Below, piece after piece: positions 19,704 through 29,083 of a DNA stretch of 64,000 bases; the first letter of the stretch is position 1; every line of letters begins with the position of its first letter. The stretch comes from an uncultured archaeon. Its GTDB lineage: Archaea; Asgardarchaeota; Thorarchaeia; Thorarchaeales; Thorarchaeaceae. Below the pieces are notes generated by a model, which was not told where the DNA came from, did no database searches, and saw only the letters and a program-made list of their open reading frames with translations. A program made the translations under genes and the position numbers. The DNA lies in assembly GCA_964558645.1 (NCBI GenBank), contig CAZLEV010000002.1:128001-192000 (forward strand), given 5' to 3'.

Positions 19704-21713
19704 ATGAGTCGGGTCAAACCATGCACCTGCCTAGCGGTCATGCTGCTGTTCATCATAGTAATGGCGCCACTAGTAGAGGAGCCCTATGAGCTGACAGACA
19801 AGACTCTGTACGACCCCGACTCGCTGATGAAGACCAGTGCCACACGGTCCGTGGTAGACGTATGGAAATCCATCTTCAATAATATCAAGCAAGAGAACAT
19901 CGAAGACATTGTGAAGACCCTCAGTCTCAACTACTCAGGCCGAATATGGGACTCCGGAAGCAAGGAGCCATCCCCGGTTCTTTCAAGTGCCTGGGATTAC
20001 GCCAATACGACACTATCAAATTTCACAGCTGGAGAAGTCACCTTCAGGCTTGTGACAGATGAAAAGAACCTCGTTGCCGTCATGAACGGGACAGCATCCC
20101 AACGAACACCCATCATCATCAGCGGCACGATTGCATCGTTAGAGAATCAGGGAGCCAATGGCTATGCAGCCTCTACTGCTGCGGTCCTCGAGTGTGCCCG
20201 ATTGCTCTCAACGGTGAGCATGACAAATGATGTAATGTTCGTGTTATCGAACACTATCCTTGGTGGGATTGGAGGAGAAACCAGAGGAAATGTGGGATTG
20301 CGTGCACTTCTGGACCATCTTGAGGACCAGAGAAGAGAACCAGCCGCAGTCTTCTGGCTCTCGGCCCTTCTCTTTGATTCAGAAGAGGCAGATGGCGACC
20401 ATATCGGCTTGCGTTCAGACTATCCCACACTTCATCTTGAAGCAACCAATCTTATCGGCTACATGGTCGAGAGAGCATCTGAGGCGGGCTCTGAGATTGG
20501 AATCGGTACGGATGTTGACCTGATACAAGGGACGGATATAATATGGCTCCACTCAGGAGCACAGGAGGCAGCAGGAAGGGGAATACCCAGTTTCTGCGTG
20601 GCTCAGAGAAACGGTGACCCCCTTCTGAAGACCAGTGATGATGTCTGGAACCATCCGCATTATGATTACGAGATGGCCGTTGAAGCAGTGGGGATTGTCA
20701 CCTCGGTTGTCTGGCTACTGGGCAACATGGGTGGCGGAGACCAGCTTACTATGACTGGATCAATCTTCGTACCGGATATGCGGTCCAGAAATACTTCACT
20801 CGCTCTGGCAGGTCAAAGCCTTCTCATCGTCAATGTAGACTGGGATGAGAATCAGACACTTGTGACGAGATTGGTCGATGACACGGGCGAGACCGTGGTA
20901 ACTCGATGGGATGATGACGGAGACCTTACGCTCTCCTATCAGATATCTTATCCCTCGTGGTATACACTGGTCTTTGAAAACGAAGGCGAGGAGAACATGG
21001 TGGTCTCGTATAGCTACTTGTTCTATTACGACTATGATCGCGACGGACTGAATGACTACGAAGAGAGCCAGTTCGGTACGGACAGCCTATGTGCAGACAC
21101 CGACGGGGATGGGCTGGATGACCCTGTCGAGAGAGAACTGGGCACCAATCCCCGAAGGATGGATACGGACTTGGATGGGTTGCCTGACGGACTTGAGATT
21201 GAATACGGTTGCTCACCACTGATTGCAGACACGGACGGCGACGGGCTCTTAGATGGTTTTGAGGTCGATTATGGACTTGACCCCACACATAGAGACACAG
21301 ATAGAGACTTCCTGGATGACGGCCTAGAGTTCGAATACGGAACGGACCCGCTAAACCCAGATACCGACGGAGACGGCCTTTTCGATGGATACGAGATTGG
21401 CAACTCAACAGACCCGCTAAATCCCGATACGGACGGGGACGGGCTGACGGACCTCTTTGAAATTCTGAATGGTCTCGACCCACTCTCAAATGACACAGAC
21501 GGGGATGGGCTGACAGACCTATATGAAGTGGAGAATGGGCTCCTTCCATTCAACAACGATACGGACGGGGACGGGATAATCGACTCGTTGGATTGGGCAC
21601 CAGAGTCCCATTGGATGAACTCGATACCGGGCGTGATGGTGGGAGTCTTTGCGTTGTCTTTTATCGTGTTGCTTGTCGTGAAGAAACGAAGATACGACCG
21701 GGGGGAGCAGTAG
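19704..21713 (+). CDS. Surface protein: degenerate M28 peptidase-like domain, beta-sandwich, 9 TSP3-like Ca-binding repeats, C-terminal TM
   Basis: N-terminal hydrophobic segment, [36 protein letters not shown] (M28-like), DTDGDGL repeats, and a TM followed by KKRRY. Confidence 0.8.
   Translation: MSRVKPCTCLAVMLLFIIVMAPLVEEPYELTDKTLYDPDSLMKTSATRSVVDVWKSIFNNIKQENIEDIVKTLSLNYSGRIWDSGSKEPSPVLSSAWDYANTTLSNFTAGEVTFRLVTDEKNLVAVMNGTASQRTPIIISGTIASLENQGANGYAASTAAVLECARLLSTVSMTNDVMFVLSNTILGGIGGETRGNVGLRALLDHLEDQRREPAAVFWLSALLFDSEEADGDHIGLRSDYPTLHLEATNLIGYMVERASEAGSEIGIGTDVDLIQGTDIIWLHSGAQEAAGRGIPSFCVAQRNGDPLLKTSDDVWNHPHYDYEMAVEAVGIVTSVVWLLGNMGGGDQLTMTGSIFVPDMRSRNTSLALAGQSLLIVNVDWDENQTLVTRLVDDTGETVVTRWDDDGDLTLSYQISYPSWYTLVFENEGEENMVVSYSYLFYYDYDRDGLNDYEESQFGTDSLCADTDGDGLDDPVERELGTNPRRMDTDLDGLPDGLEIEYGCSPLIADTDGDGLLDGFEVDYGLDPTHRDTDRDFLDDGLEFEYGTDPLNPDTDGDGLFDGYEIGNSTDPLNPDTDGDGLTDLFEILNGLDPLSNDTDGDGLTDLYEVENGLLPFNNDTDGDGIIDSLDWAPESHWMNSIPGVMVGVFALSFIVLLVVKKRRYDRGEQ
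21030..21590 (+). repeat. Nine 66-bp coding repeats (DxDxDGLxD-x-E...G-x-D/N-P)
   Basis: 22-aa periodic DTDGDGL units in the translation. Confidence 0.9.
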
Positions 21714-23804
21714 ATGACAAAGACAGACAGAAACGGTGACTGCGTCCGTGATAATCAGTCTAGCAATGACAGGAGCAGGACTCCGTCCATGCCTGGCGGC
21801 TCGAAACGCAAGATCCTGTTCGTCATGGGTCTCATCTTCCTCTTGCAGTCGGCTCTCATGCCAGTCACTCAGAATGCCCCTCAAGAAAGAAACAGCGGTT
21901 TAGTACTGAACTCCAGCAGCCAGATAGCAGAAGGGGGATACACCAATATCACAGCAACCTGGGAGGAGGTCTTCAAAGCCACGTCAAAAGCAAGAATAGA
22001 GAACCACACGCGAGTCATATCACAGCAGTTCTCGAATCGCATCTGGTATGAAAACATGACCCCCACACAGAAACTCCAAGATGCTTGGACTTGGGCGAAC
22101 ATAACACTTGGTGAGAACACCGATGGCGAGCTCTCCTTCCAGCAGGTCACGGAATACCAGACGCTTGTGGCAGTGAAGAACGGAACTCTTCCAGAGCCCA
22201 GGACAGGAGTCATCATCGCTGGAATCATCGACAGTGTTGAAACGCCCGGGGCAAATGACATGGGTGTCAGTGTTGCAGCAGTATTGGAATGTGCCAGAAT
22301 CCTGCATGACTTCAGTCTGGGGTTCGATGTATATTACGTCCTGACAAACGGCCATAACCTTGACCCTGACTATGACCTAGGTGCCAGGGCTTTTGCTGAG
22401 TGGCTGGAAGAGAACGCAATTCAGACTCTGACCGCCTTTACGTTCACGCGGCTTCTCTTTCATCGAGTGCAGTACCTATATGGAACCAAGATATCGCTTC
22501 GTACCTACGACAAGACGACGGACTATCATGAGACCCTTCGGATGCCCGATCTTCTGGTCTCGATATCTGCATCATATGGCTCGTCGCGACTCCAGCATGT
22601 ATCAGACCATGGCGTCGCCAGAAAGTCTCTCGCATACGAGATGTGGGAGAGAGGGAGGACTGCGCTCCATGTTGCACAGGGCTATTGGCATGAATCCTAC
22701 AGCGCTTCACCTGCCGATGTCTGGAACTCGGGCGATTACAACTATTTCAAGGCAACAGAGGCAGTAGCATCAGTTCTTGCAGGGATTGCCTATATCGGAC
22801 AGATGCATGAGGGGGACAATCCTGCATTCTATGAAAAGGGAGAACTAGGAAACTCATCCACAACTCAGCAGATTCTCTCACTCACCATAGGTGGGTATGT
22901 CAATGCCACAGTATGGTGGGATGCCAATGTGACGCTGAGAGCAGAGATTCAAAGAGATGACACAGCGAGTGTGGTGTATCGGCGTACAGAGGACGACGGT
23001 CTCATCAAACTTAGGTATCTAAGTTCTACCATCGGCACATATAGACTCGTCATCAGAAACCTGGGATCCGAGCCCACAGCGTTCGGGTTCAACCTCACAC
23101 ACCTCTCCGACTGTGACGGTGATACGCTCTCTGACGCTTACGAAGCGATACTGGGTACCAACCCCTACTCTCTGGATAGCGACGGTGATGGACTGACAGA
23201 CGATTTGGAACTCGAAATCGGAAGCGATCCGCTGTCGGAAGATACAGACAATGATGGGGCACTAGACGGGATGGAGTATGCAATCGGTTCAAGTCTTGTT
23301 CTGAATGATACTGATCACGATGGACTCCTCGATGGGGTAGAACTGGAACTGGGTACGAGTCCACTTCTGGCAGATACTGATGCCGACGGGCTCACCGACT
23401 ATGAAGAAGTCTATATCTATTTCACAGACCCAACTCATCCGGATACTGACCGGGATGGACTGGAAGACGGTATTGAGGTGCAGTTCGGTCTTGATCCGCT
23501 CTCACCAGACTCGGACAATGATACTCTGAGTGACTTGTTTGAGATACTGATTGGGACGAACCCGCTAAATCCAGATACCGACGCGGACGGCTGGGGCGAC
23601 GCCTACGAGGTCGAATACGGTATGCAGCCTGACAATGCCGATACCGATGGTGACTTCTTACCGGATGGCTGGGACTGGAATCCACGAGAGCACTGGGTCA
23701 ATGAGATTGCACCTATCAGCCTTCTCAGCACCGTCATGCTCCTAGGCATCTATGCTCTGATGAAATACAGGGCCTACAAGAGGATAGAAGAGGAGACTGG
23801 CTGA
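21714..23804 (+). CDS. Paralogous surface protein: degenerate M28-like domain, 9 TSP3-like repeats, C-terminal TM
   Basis: [37 protein letters not shown], same architecture as the upstream gene, starting immediately after its stop. Confidence 0.8.
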   Translation: MTKTDRNGDCVRDNQSSNDRSRTPSMPGGSKRKILFVMGLIFLLQSALMPVTQNAPQERNSGLVLNSSSQIAEGGYTNITATWEEVFKATSKARIENHTRVISQQFSNRIWYENMTPTQKLQDAWTWANITLGENTDGELSFQQVTEYQTLVAVKNGTLPEPRTGVIIAGIIDSVETPGANDMGVSVAAVLECARILHDFSLGFDVYYVLTNGHNLDPDYDLGARAFAEWLEENAIQTLTAFTFTRLLFHRVQYLYGTKISLRTYDKTTDYHETLRMPDLLVSISASYGSSRLQHVSDHGVARKSLAYEMWERGRTALHVAQGYWHESYSASPADVWNSGDYNYFKATEAVASVLAGIAYIGQMHEGDNPAFYEKGELGNSSTTQQILSLTIGGYVNATVWWDANVTLRAEIQRDDTASVVYRRTEDDGLIKLRYLSSTIGTYRLVIRNLGSEPTAFGFNLTHLSDCDGDTLSDAYEAILGTNPYSLDSDGDGLTDDLELEIGSDPLSEDTDNDGALDGMEYAIGSSLVLNDTDHDGLLDGVELELGTSPLLADTDADGLTDYEEVYIYFTDPTHPDTDRDGLEDGIEVQFGLDPLSPDSDNDTLSDLFEILIGTNPLNPDTDADGWGDAYEVEYGMQPDNADTDGDFLPDGWDWNPREHWVNEIAPISLLSTVMLLGIYALMKYRAYKRIEEETG
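23109..23670 (+). repeat. Nine ~66-bp TSP3-like coding repeats
   Basis: DCDGD, DSDGD, DTDND, DTDHD, DTDAD, DTDRD, DSDND, DTDAD and DTDGD units. Confidence 0.9.
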
Positions 23805-24027
23805 GTCCCTTTCAGCGACTTCTTAGCTATCTATGTCGACATGCCTAATTGTCGGGTCATGAGTCAATAGACAGCCTGACCAGAATCGATGGTTCAGACA
23901 ATCTATGGCTATCATCCCTGTCAGGTTGCCAGAGGAGGCGAAAATCTCCGAGGATAGAGCAACAGAGAGAGCTCCGTTTTGCTTTCCCCATTGACCTACG
24001 TCCTAGCACAATACTCATGTTCTCTCC

Positions 24028-24906
24028 GTGGTGCTACATGATGAGATGCGGCAGGTATCTACGAACCGATTCGACTTGACTGATACCTTGGAGTGTGGTC
24101 AGACCTTCACGTGGCAGAGGTGCGGGCAAGGCTATGTGAACTCGGACATTGGTCAGGTGGTATATGTCGAGCAGAAAGGGACCAGGCTCCTCTATGAGAG
24201 CTCAGCCTCGGATGTCCCTATCAATCAGATGTTCCGACTTGATGACCCTTTGGACTTGATACAACAGGAGATTGCCAAGGACGAGCTGATACGCAAAAGC
24301 ATCTCCTTTGCCCCAGGACTCCGAGTCATATCAGACGATTTCTTCCCGTGCCTGATCTCCTTCATCTGTTCCACCTTCAACAATATTCCTCGAATACAGG
24401 GAATGGTGAAGACGCTACGGGAGAGGTATGGTTCCACCTATGAGTTCAGAGGACAGAAGTGGCACGGGATGCCCACTCCCGAACAACTTGCCGCTGTAAC
24501 CCCGAATGAGCTGAGATCTCTCGGCTTTGGCTGGCGGGGAGAGTTCATAGCGAAGTCAACGCAAGCAGTCCTGAGGAAAGATATCATCCCTGAGGAACTC
24601 TCCGAGATGCAATATCCTGAAGCGCATCGTCGCCTCAAGACACTACATGGAGTCGGGAACAAGGTCGCAGACTGTGTATGTCTTTTCTCGTTGGGTTTTC
24701 TGGAGGCCTTCCCTATTGATGTCTGGATCGAACGAGTGATTCAGGAGGAATATGGCATATTTGCCGACACAGGGAAATCATACGCCAAGAAATCTGCTGT
24801 TGCCCGAGAGTACTTCGGGCCCTACGCAGGCTACACTCAGCAATACCTGTTCCACTATGTACGATGCCGTGCGCGGCAGAAGTGCAATGAGAATGCCACA
24901 GAATGA
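24028..24906 (+). CDS. ogg: 8-oxoguanine DNA glycosylase/AP lyase (OGG1 type)
   Basis: TLECGQTFTW, LISFICSTFNNIPRI, HhH LHGVGNKVADC (catalytic Lys), AFPIDVW (Asp) and FGPYAGYTQQYLF. Confidence 0.9.
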   Translation: MVLHDEMRQVSTNRFDLTDTLECGQTFTWQRCGQGYVNSDIGQVVYVEQKGTRLLYESSASDVPINQMFRLDDPLDLIQQEIAKDELIRKSISFAPGLRVISDDFFPCLISFICSTFNNIPRIQGMVKTLRERYGSTYEFRGQKWHGMPTPEQLAAVTPNELRSLGFGWRGEFIAKSTQAVLRKDIIPEELSEMQYPEAHRRLKTLHGVGNKVADCVCLFSLGFLEAFPIDVWIERVIQEEYGIFADTGKSYAKKSAVAREYFGPYAGYTQQYLFHYVRCRARQKCNENATE

Positions 24907-24936
24907 CACGAACACTAGGCTGACAATCAATGACTC

Positions 24937-26064
24937 TTACCGCAGATGTTGCCTCTTTTTCTTTTTGCGGGCGTACCATGAATGGTCCTGCACTCCTTTT
25001 GACATCTCCCAGGCTCTGGTCTCATAGAAACTCAGGGGATGAGAGATATACTCGCATAGCGGATCAAATGCCTCGCCTAAGTAGACAGGGCAGAGACTGT
25101 CTGACTGCAATTTCCTACAACTGGGAGGTGTATAGGCATCCCGGCCCCCTCGCTCCCCCGCGATATGCTTGACCTGATACTCGGCCAGACTATTGACATA
25201 GTCCCGTGCTGCACGAAAGACATCGACTACTTCGGGCACCGACATTCCAATGTTGAGCAGGAAGGATGCCAGGGCGAACCTTGCACTATGAGACAGGTTC
25301 TTGCCAGCCAGCGTGTCCTTGTGCATCTGAGAGATGCAGGGAGGGAAGGCATCTACACTCTCTTCAGTGAGCTCTACTGGGCCGGTTGATTTGATCTTCC
25401 TGCTGAGCTCACTCTCAATACGCTGAATACTCTCTGCAAGGCGCCGAGGTAATGGTGGTACACTGATATGGCTACTCAGAATGATCTGGTTGAACTTACC
25501 GGAGATAAGACGGGAGAGCTCCGACTTCTGAACGGGAACCCAGCCACTGTCCAGATATCGATTGACCAGTTTCCATACTGGTTCATGGAAATCAGGTGCC
25601 ACCTCCAGAAAATCCTGGAACTGAATCTTGAACTCATAAGTTCGGAGTTCAGGGGGTAGACGCGCTCTCTGGGTGATATTTCCCATTGACTTGACATGCC
25701 ATCCAAAAGAGTCGCTGGCAAGTTCCATGATGAACTCATCATCTTCCTTACCGAGAAACTTGTTTACCGCCTTCGATTCAATCTCGGCTTGGTATTCTTT
25801 CAGTCGGCTGTTACCTATCGCTTCAACAATCAACCGTGCAGTGGGGTAGATGAGAAAATCCCGATCGTCGTTAGTATTCACCAACTTGATCTCTGATTTG
25901 TCAAGAGCGGCTGCTACCCGGGCCTCTGCATGCTCTACGATATGCTCATTCTCGTCCTTGTCAAGGAGTTTCACCAATTCTCCGACATCACGAGCCACGG
26001 AACTGGATAGCTCTCTTGCATGGCGAGAGAAGGGGTATCTGAGCATCTGAGTCCGCGTTACCAT
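24937..26064 (-). CDS. priL: DNA primase large subunit
   Basis: RYPF, WKLVNRYLDSGWV, FPPCI, LSHSARFALASFL, YQVKHI, YTPPSC..L...LCP and HPLSFY. Confidence 0.93.
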   Translation of the reverse strand: MVTRTQMLRYPFSRHARELSSSVARDVGELVKLLDKDENEHIVEHAEARVAAALDKSEIKLVNTNDDRDFLIYPTARLIVEAIGNSRLKEYQAEIESKAVNKFLGKEDDEFIMELASDSFGWHVKSMGNITQRARLPPELRTYEFKIQFQDFLEVAPDFHEPVWKLVNRYLDSGWVPVQKSELSRLISGKFNQIILSSHISVPPLPRRLAESIQRIESELSRKIKSTGPVELTEESVDAFPPCISQMHKDTLAGKNLSHSARFALASFLLNIGMSVPEVVDVFRAARDYVNSLAEYQVKHIAGERGGRDAYTPPSCRKLQSDSLCPVYLGEAFDPLCEYISHPLSFYETRAWEMSKGVQDHSWYARKKKKRQHLR

Positions 26065-26148
26065 TTTTACTCCTCAATCAACGATACTACAGGAGACCTA
26101 ATGACCTAAACTAAAGTCTGGGCTATAACTGTCTGCTTCTTCATGATG

Positions 26149-26811
26149 TCAACCTGAGCTTTTGAGTCCTATCACGATGGCTACGAAGTCGGTCACCATC
26201 ACATATTGTGAGGAGTGATAGTTCGCATCGTGGAAGAAACTCTGGATGTCTTCTACGCTATGCTTGCACATGTGCGGGTATTTCTTTCTCGCACGTTTTT
26301 CGTCCATGCCTCGTGCTATCATTCCCTCAACAAAGGCCTCTTCGTCGCCAGACACAAAGTCGTAGATAGCATAGACACCATTATTCTTCAACAGCTTGCA
26401 GGCAGACTGGATGTGCTCGAATGGTGCTGAGATCTCATGCAAGAGGTATCCAGAGAAGGCCAGGTCAGCAATCCCGGGCTCGAAGGGAATCGTGTCAGTA
26501 TCAAGATTGAGCTGAATCAGGGTGAACTGCGTGGGGCTGAGTACTCTGGATAGAAACATCTTGGCTTGCTCAATCATCTCAGTGCTCTCATCGATTCCAT
26601 AGACTCTACTCGCACCAAGCCTCTTGACGGCATCAACCAGAAACAGCCCAGGCCCCGAGCCGAACTCCAAGACGTCGCTCACCGACATGGATTTCATCAG
26701 CTTGGAGAACGCTCTCCAGAATGGTTCGCCATATCGTTCCCCGTAAGACTCTGACAGGCTTTCAACCCGCTCAGAATCGCTCCAATCTGCCTTTCCCAAG
26801 TGCGGCATCAC
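26149..26811 (-). CDS. Class I SAM-dependent methyltransferase
   Basis: VLEFGSGPG, YGIDESTEMI and LLHEI. Confidence 0.88.
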   Translation of the reverse strand: MMPHLGKADWSDSERVESLSESYGERYGEPFWRAFSKLMKSMSVSDVLEFGSGPGLFLVDAVKRLGASRVYGIDESTEMIEQAKMFLSRVLSPTQFTLIQLNLDTDTIPFEPGIADLAFSGYLLHEISAPFEHIQSACKLLKNNGVYAIYDFVSGDEEAFVEGMIARGMDEKRARKKYPHMCKHSVEDIQSFFHDANYHSSQYVMVTDFVAIVIGLKSSG

Positions 26812-27350
26812 TTGTTACGTCCCAAGATGTAGTCCCCACGGAGAATCATATCCAGGAACTCTCCTAGGCTCTGGCGCAGTATCTCAGGGTCACCATAGAG
26901 CTTCCTGAGTTCTTCTCGACGTTCGTCTACAGAGCCATTCGGAATCTCATTCATTACCTTGTAGGCCGCATTGGGGCGCTCAACCCAGCGCAGCAGCTCC
27001 TCATTCTCACTGTTCAAAAATAGCACGACGGGTGTCTTTCTCTTCCCGTTCACTGTGAAATTCTGATGAAAGCGTGCATTCTTATCGCTGTCAATGATGC
27101 GAAGATTCAGGGTAGGTGCGATCGAAACGATTCTGGCGAGCACCGGTAGATTCCCTGCCGTGTCGTTACAGCGGTCTGTCCCGATGACCAGAATATTCAT
27201 CTCGTTCTCTATGCTCCGAAGGAGGTCTATCTCTTCCTCGTTGATCATCAAATCGTTGAATCTGGCCTTCATGAGCTCGACGTTTTCGCGGGCAGACCCT
27301 ATGAATTCGTCGTACTCGATAGCCTCATCCCACTCTGAGATACCTGACAT
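26808..27350 (-). CDS. Thioredoxin-like protein (Thioredoxin_9-like, CxxT)
   Basis: LVIGTDRCNDTAGNLPVL, NGKRKTPVVLFL and WVERP. Overlaps the next gene (ATGA). Confidence 0.75.
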   Translation of the reverse strand: MSGISEWDEAIEYDEFIGSARENVELMKARFNDLMINEEEIDLLRSIENEMNILVIGTDRCNDTAGNLPVLARIVSIAPTLNLRIIDSDKNARFHQNFTVNGKRKTPVVLFLNSENEELLRWVERPNAAYKVMNEIPNGSVDERREELRKLYGDPEILRQSLGEFLDMILRGDYILGRNK

Positions 27351-27499
27351 TTTTGATCACTTCAATCAGCTAAGAACTCTACTGTATCAGACAGCAGGAA
27401 CCTCTTTCACTTCTATGAATAAAAGGATTCTCCGGTGATAGGTAGAGTCAAGAGAATATATCATCATTTGATACTAAGACTCTTACGATTGAAGAAGGA

Positions 27500-27868
27500 T
27501 TGTCTATGACAACCACTGCAGCCAAGAACATCATGAGAATCTTGCGTGAGAATGCCGATGCGAAGCAGGCTGCACAGAGTGCTAGTTATCTGAAGACATC
27601 GGACCTGGAGTTCCTCGATGCGAAACTCCCTGGAATCCACTCTGCAATGAGGGAAAGCACCAGGGGGCTCGAATTCAGAGAGCTTGAACAGACTGTGTCA
27701 GACCTCTAGCATGAGGAGATCTATGAGTTCTTTATGGCAAAAGCAGTGGGCTGGGTGTTAGGAGAACTGAGCAAGCGAGAGCCAGGGATTGCCTGGAAGT
27801 TCATAGAGAAAAACCGGGATGTGATGTCTGCATTGGCAATCCGTGAGGGGAGCAAGAAACTGAGATGA
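27500..27868 (+). pseudogene. DNA alkylation repair (AlkD-like) pseudogene
   Basis: An N-terminal AlkD-like segment, an in-frame TAG at 27707 where Trp is expected, then directly the C-terminal motif EFFMAKAVGWVLGELSKREP...LAIREGSKKL. The middle of the protein is missing. Confidence 0.75.
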
Positions 27869-27951
27869 TCCGCCTGGTGGAGGGAGTACTTTCGGCCACC
27901 TGTTGTGCTTATTTTTCCTCTGTGTAGCATACACACGGAGCAGATCCCAGA

Positions 27952-29076
27952 TTGAAACGTTCAGGCGTTGCGGACCTCAAACTTCACCCGGGCAAAGCAC
28001 CACACTGGCTCATCAAGCGAATGATGCCCATGGCCAGTGCAGTCTGCGAGTTCATTGTGGAAGAATATGGGACACTAGAGCTGCTCAAGAGGTTATCCGA
28101 CCCCATCTACTTCCAGGCCCTGTCAAATGCGTTAGGTTATGACTGGGACAGCTCGGGTTCAACAACCGTGACCTGTGGAGTCCTCAAGTCAGTCCTGAGC
28201 TTTGAGAAACACGACATGATTGCTGTCGGGGGCAAGGGAAGGGCCTCCCTCAAGACACCACAGCAATTGCTTGCACTTCATGACTTTGGGATGGATGGTG
28301 CAGGTCTGGCAGACTGCAGTAAGATCATCGCCAAAGTAGACAATGCAGCCATCCAGGATGGATACCAGCTCTATCAGCACGTCTTCTTCGTGGATACAGA
28401 GGAGAATTGGACCGTCGTACAGCAGGGTATGAATGATGGTACCGATGACGCGCGGAGGTATCACTGGTCATCAGAGAATGTGAAGAGCTTCATAGAAGAG
28501 CCGCACACAGGAATGATTTCAGGAGAGATTGGGAACACCACACTTGACATGACCGCCAAGGTGTCCGATGAGTGCAGAAAGACCAGTGTCGATGTGGCAC
28601 AGGAAGACCCACTGAGAGTACGCAGGCACTTCGACAATCTGAAGCCCTATGGAGAAACAACTCTGTTGCCATGGCTAGAGGAGGGAGGCAATGTTGTCGA
28701 GCTCCCTGCGTACAAGGTGATTCCTCGAAGAATGGACTGGAGAGCAGTCAGGAAGGCCTACGAGAGGCAGCCTCGTGACTATGAACAACTCGTCAGAATA
28801 AATGGGATTGGACCGGCCACTGTCAGAGGACTGGCGCTTATCTCTGAGATGATCTACGGCTCACCCCCCTCATGGTCCGATCCCGTTCGAATGACGTTTG
28901 CCTTTGGTGGTAAAGACGGCGTTCCCTTTCCTGTACCGAAGAAAGCGTATGACCAGGCAATCCAGTTCATGGAGGAGGCCCTTCAAGAGAGTAGGCTCGG
29001 GCGACCAGACAAGATTCGTGCATTGAAACGACTCAAGAAGTATGCGCCACCATTCATCAAACAGAATGCCACGTAA
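27952..29076 (+). CDS. DUF763 family protein
   Basis: ADLKLHPGKAPHWL, LGYDWDSSGSTT, AKVDNAAIQDGYQLYQH, VVQQGMN, ARRYHW, HhH-like NGIGPAT and FAFGGKDGVPFPV. Confidence 0.88.
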   Translation: MKRSGVADLKLHPGKAPHWLIKRMMPMASAVCEFIVEEYGTLELLKRLSDPIYFQALSNALGYDWDSSGSTTVTCGVLKSVLSFEKHDMIAVGGKGRASLKTPQQLLALHDFGMDGAGLADCSKIIAKVDNAAIQDGYQLYQHVFFVDTEENWTVVQQGMNDGTDDARRYHWSSENVKSFIEEPHTGMISGEIGNTTLDMTAKVSDECRKTSVDVAQEDPLRVRRHFDNLKPYGETTLLPWLEEGGNVVELPAYKVIPRRMDWRAVRKAYERQPRDYEQLVRINGIGPATVRGLALISEMIYGSPPSWSDPVRMTFAFGGKDGVPFPVPKKAYDQAIQFMEEALQESRLGRPDKIRALKRLKKYAPPFIKQNAT

Positions 29077-29083
29077 GACTCCT

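Noticed and set aside
20926-21549. Long antisense/alternate-frame ORFs (e.g. 20926-21549, 29536-30081, 30976-31671, 34073-34657, 52647-53117)
   Set aside because: They are shadows of well-supported genes on the other strand, with Arg/Ser/Pro-rich low-information translations.
21030-23670. ~66-bp periodic repeats resembling a CRISPR period
   Set aside because: The repeats are degenerate at synonymous positions and encode in-frame DTDGDGL protein repeats. There are no identical direct repeats and no cas genes.
27707-27709. In-frame TAG as possible pyrrolysine recoding
   Set aside because: It falls where Trp (TGG) is expected and the gene also lacks its middle part, so pseudogenisation is simpler.
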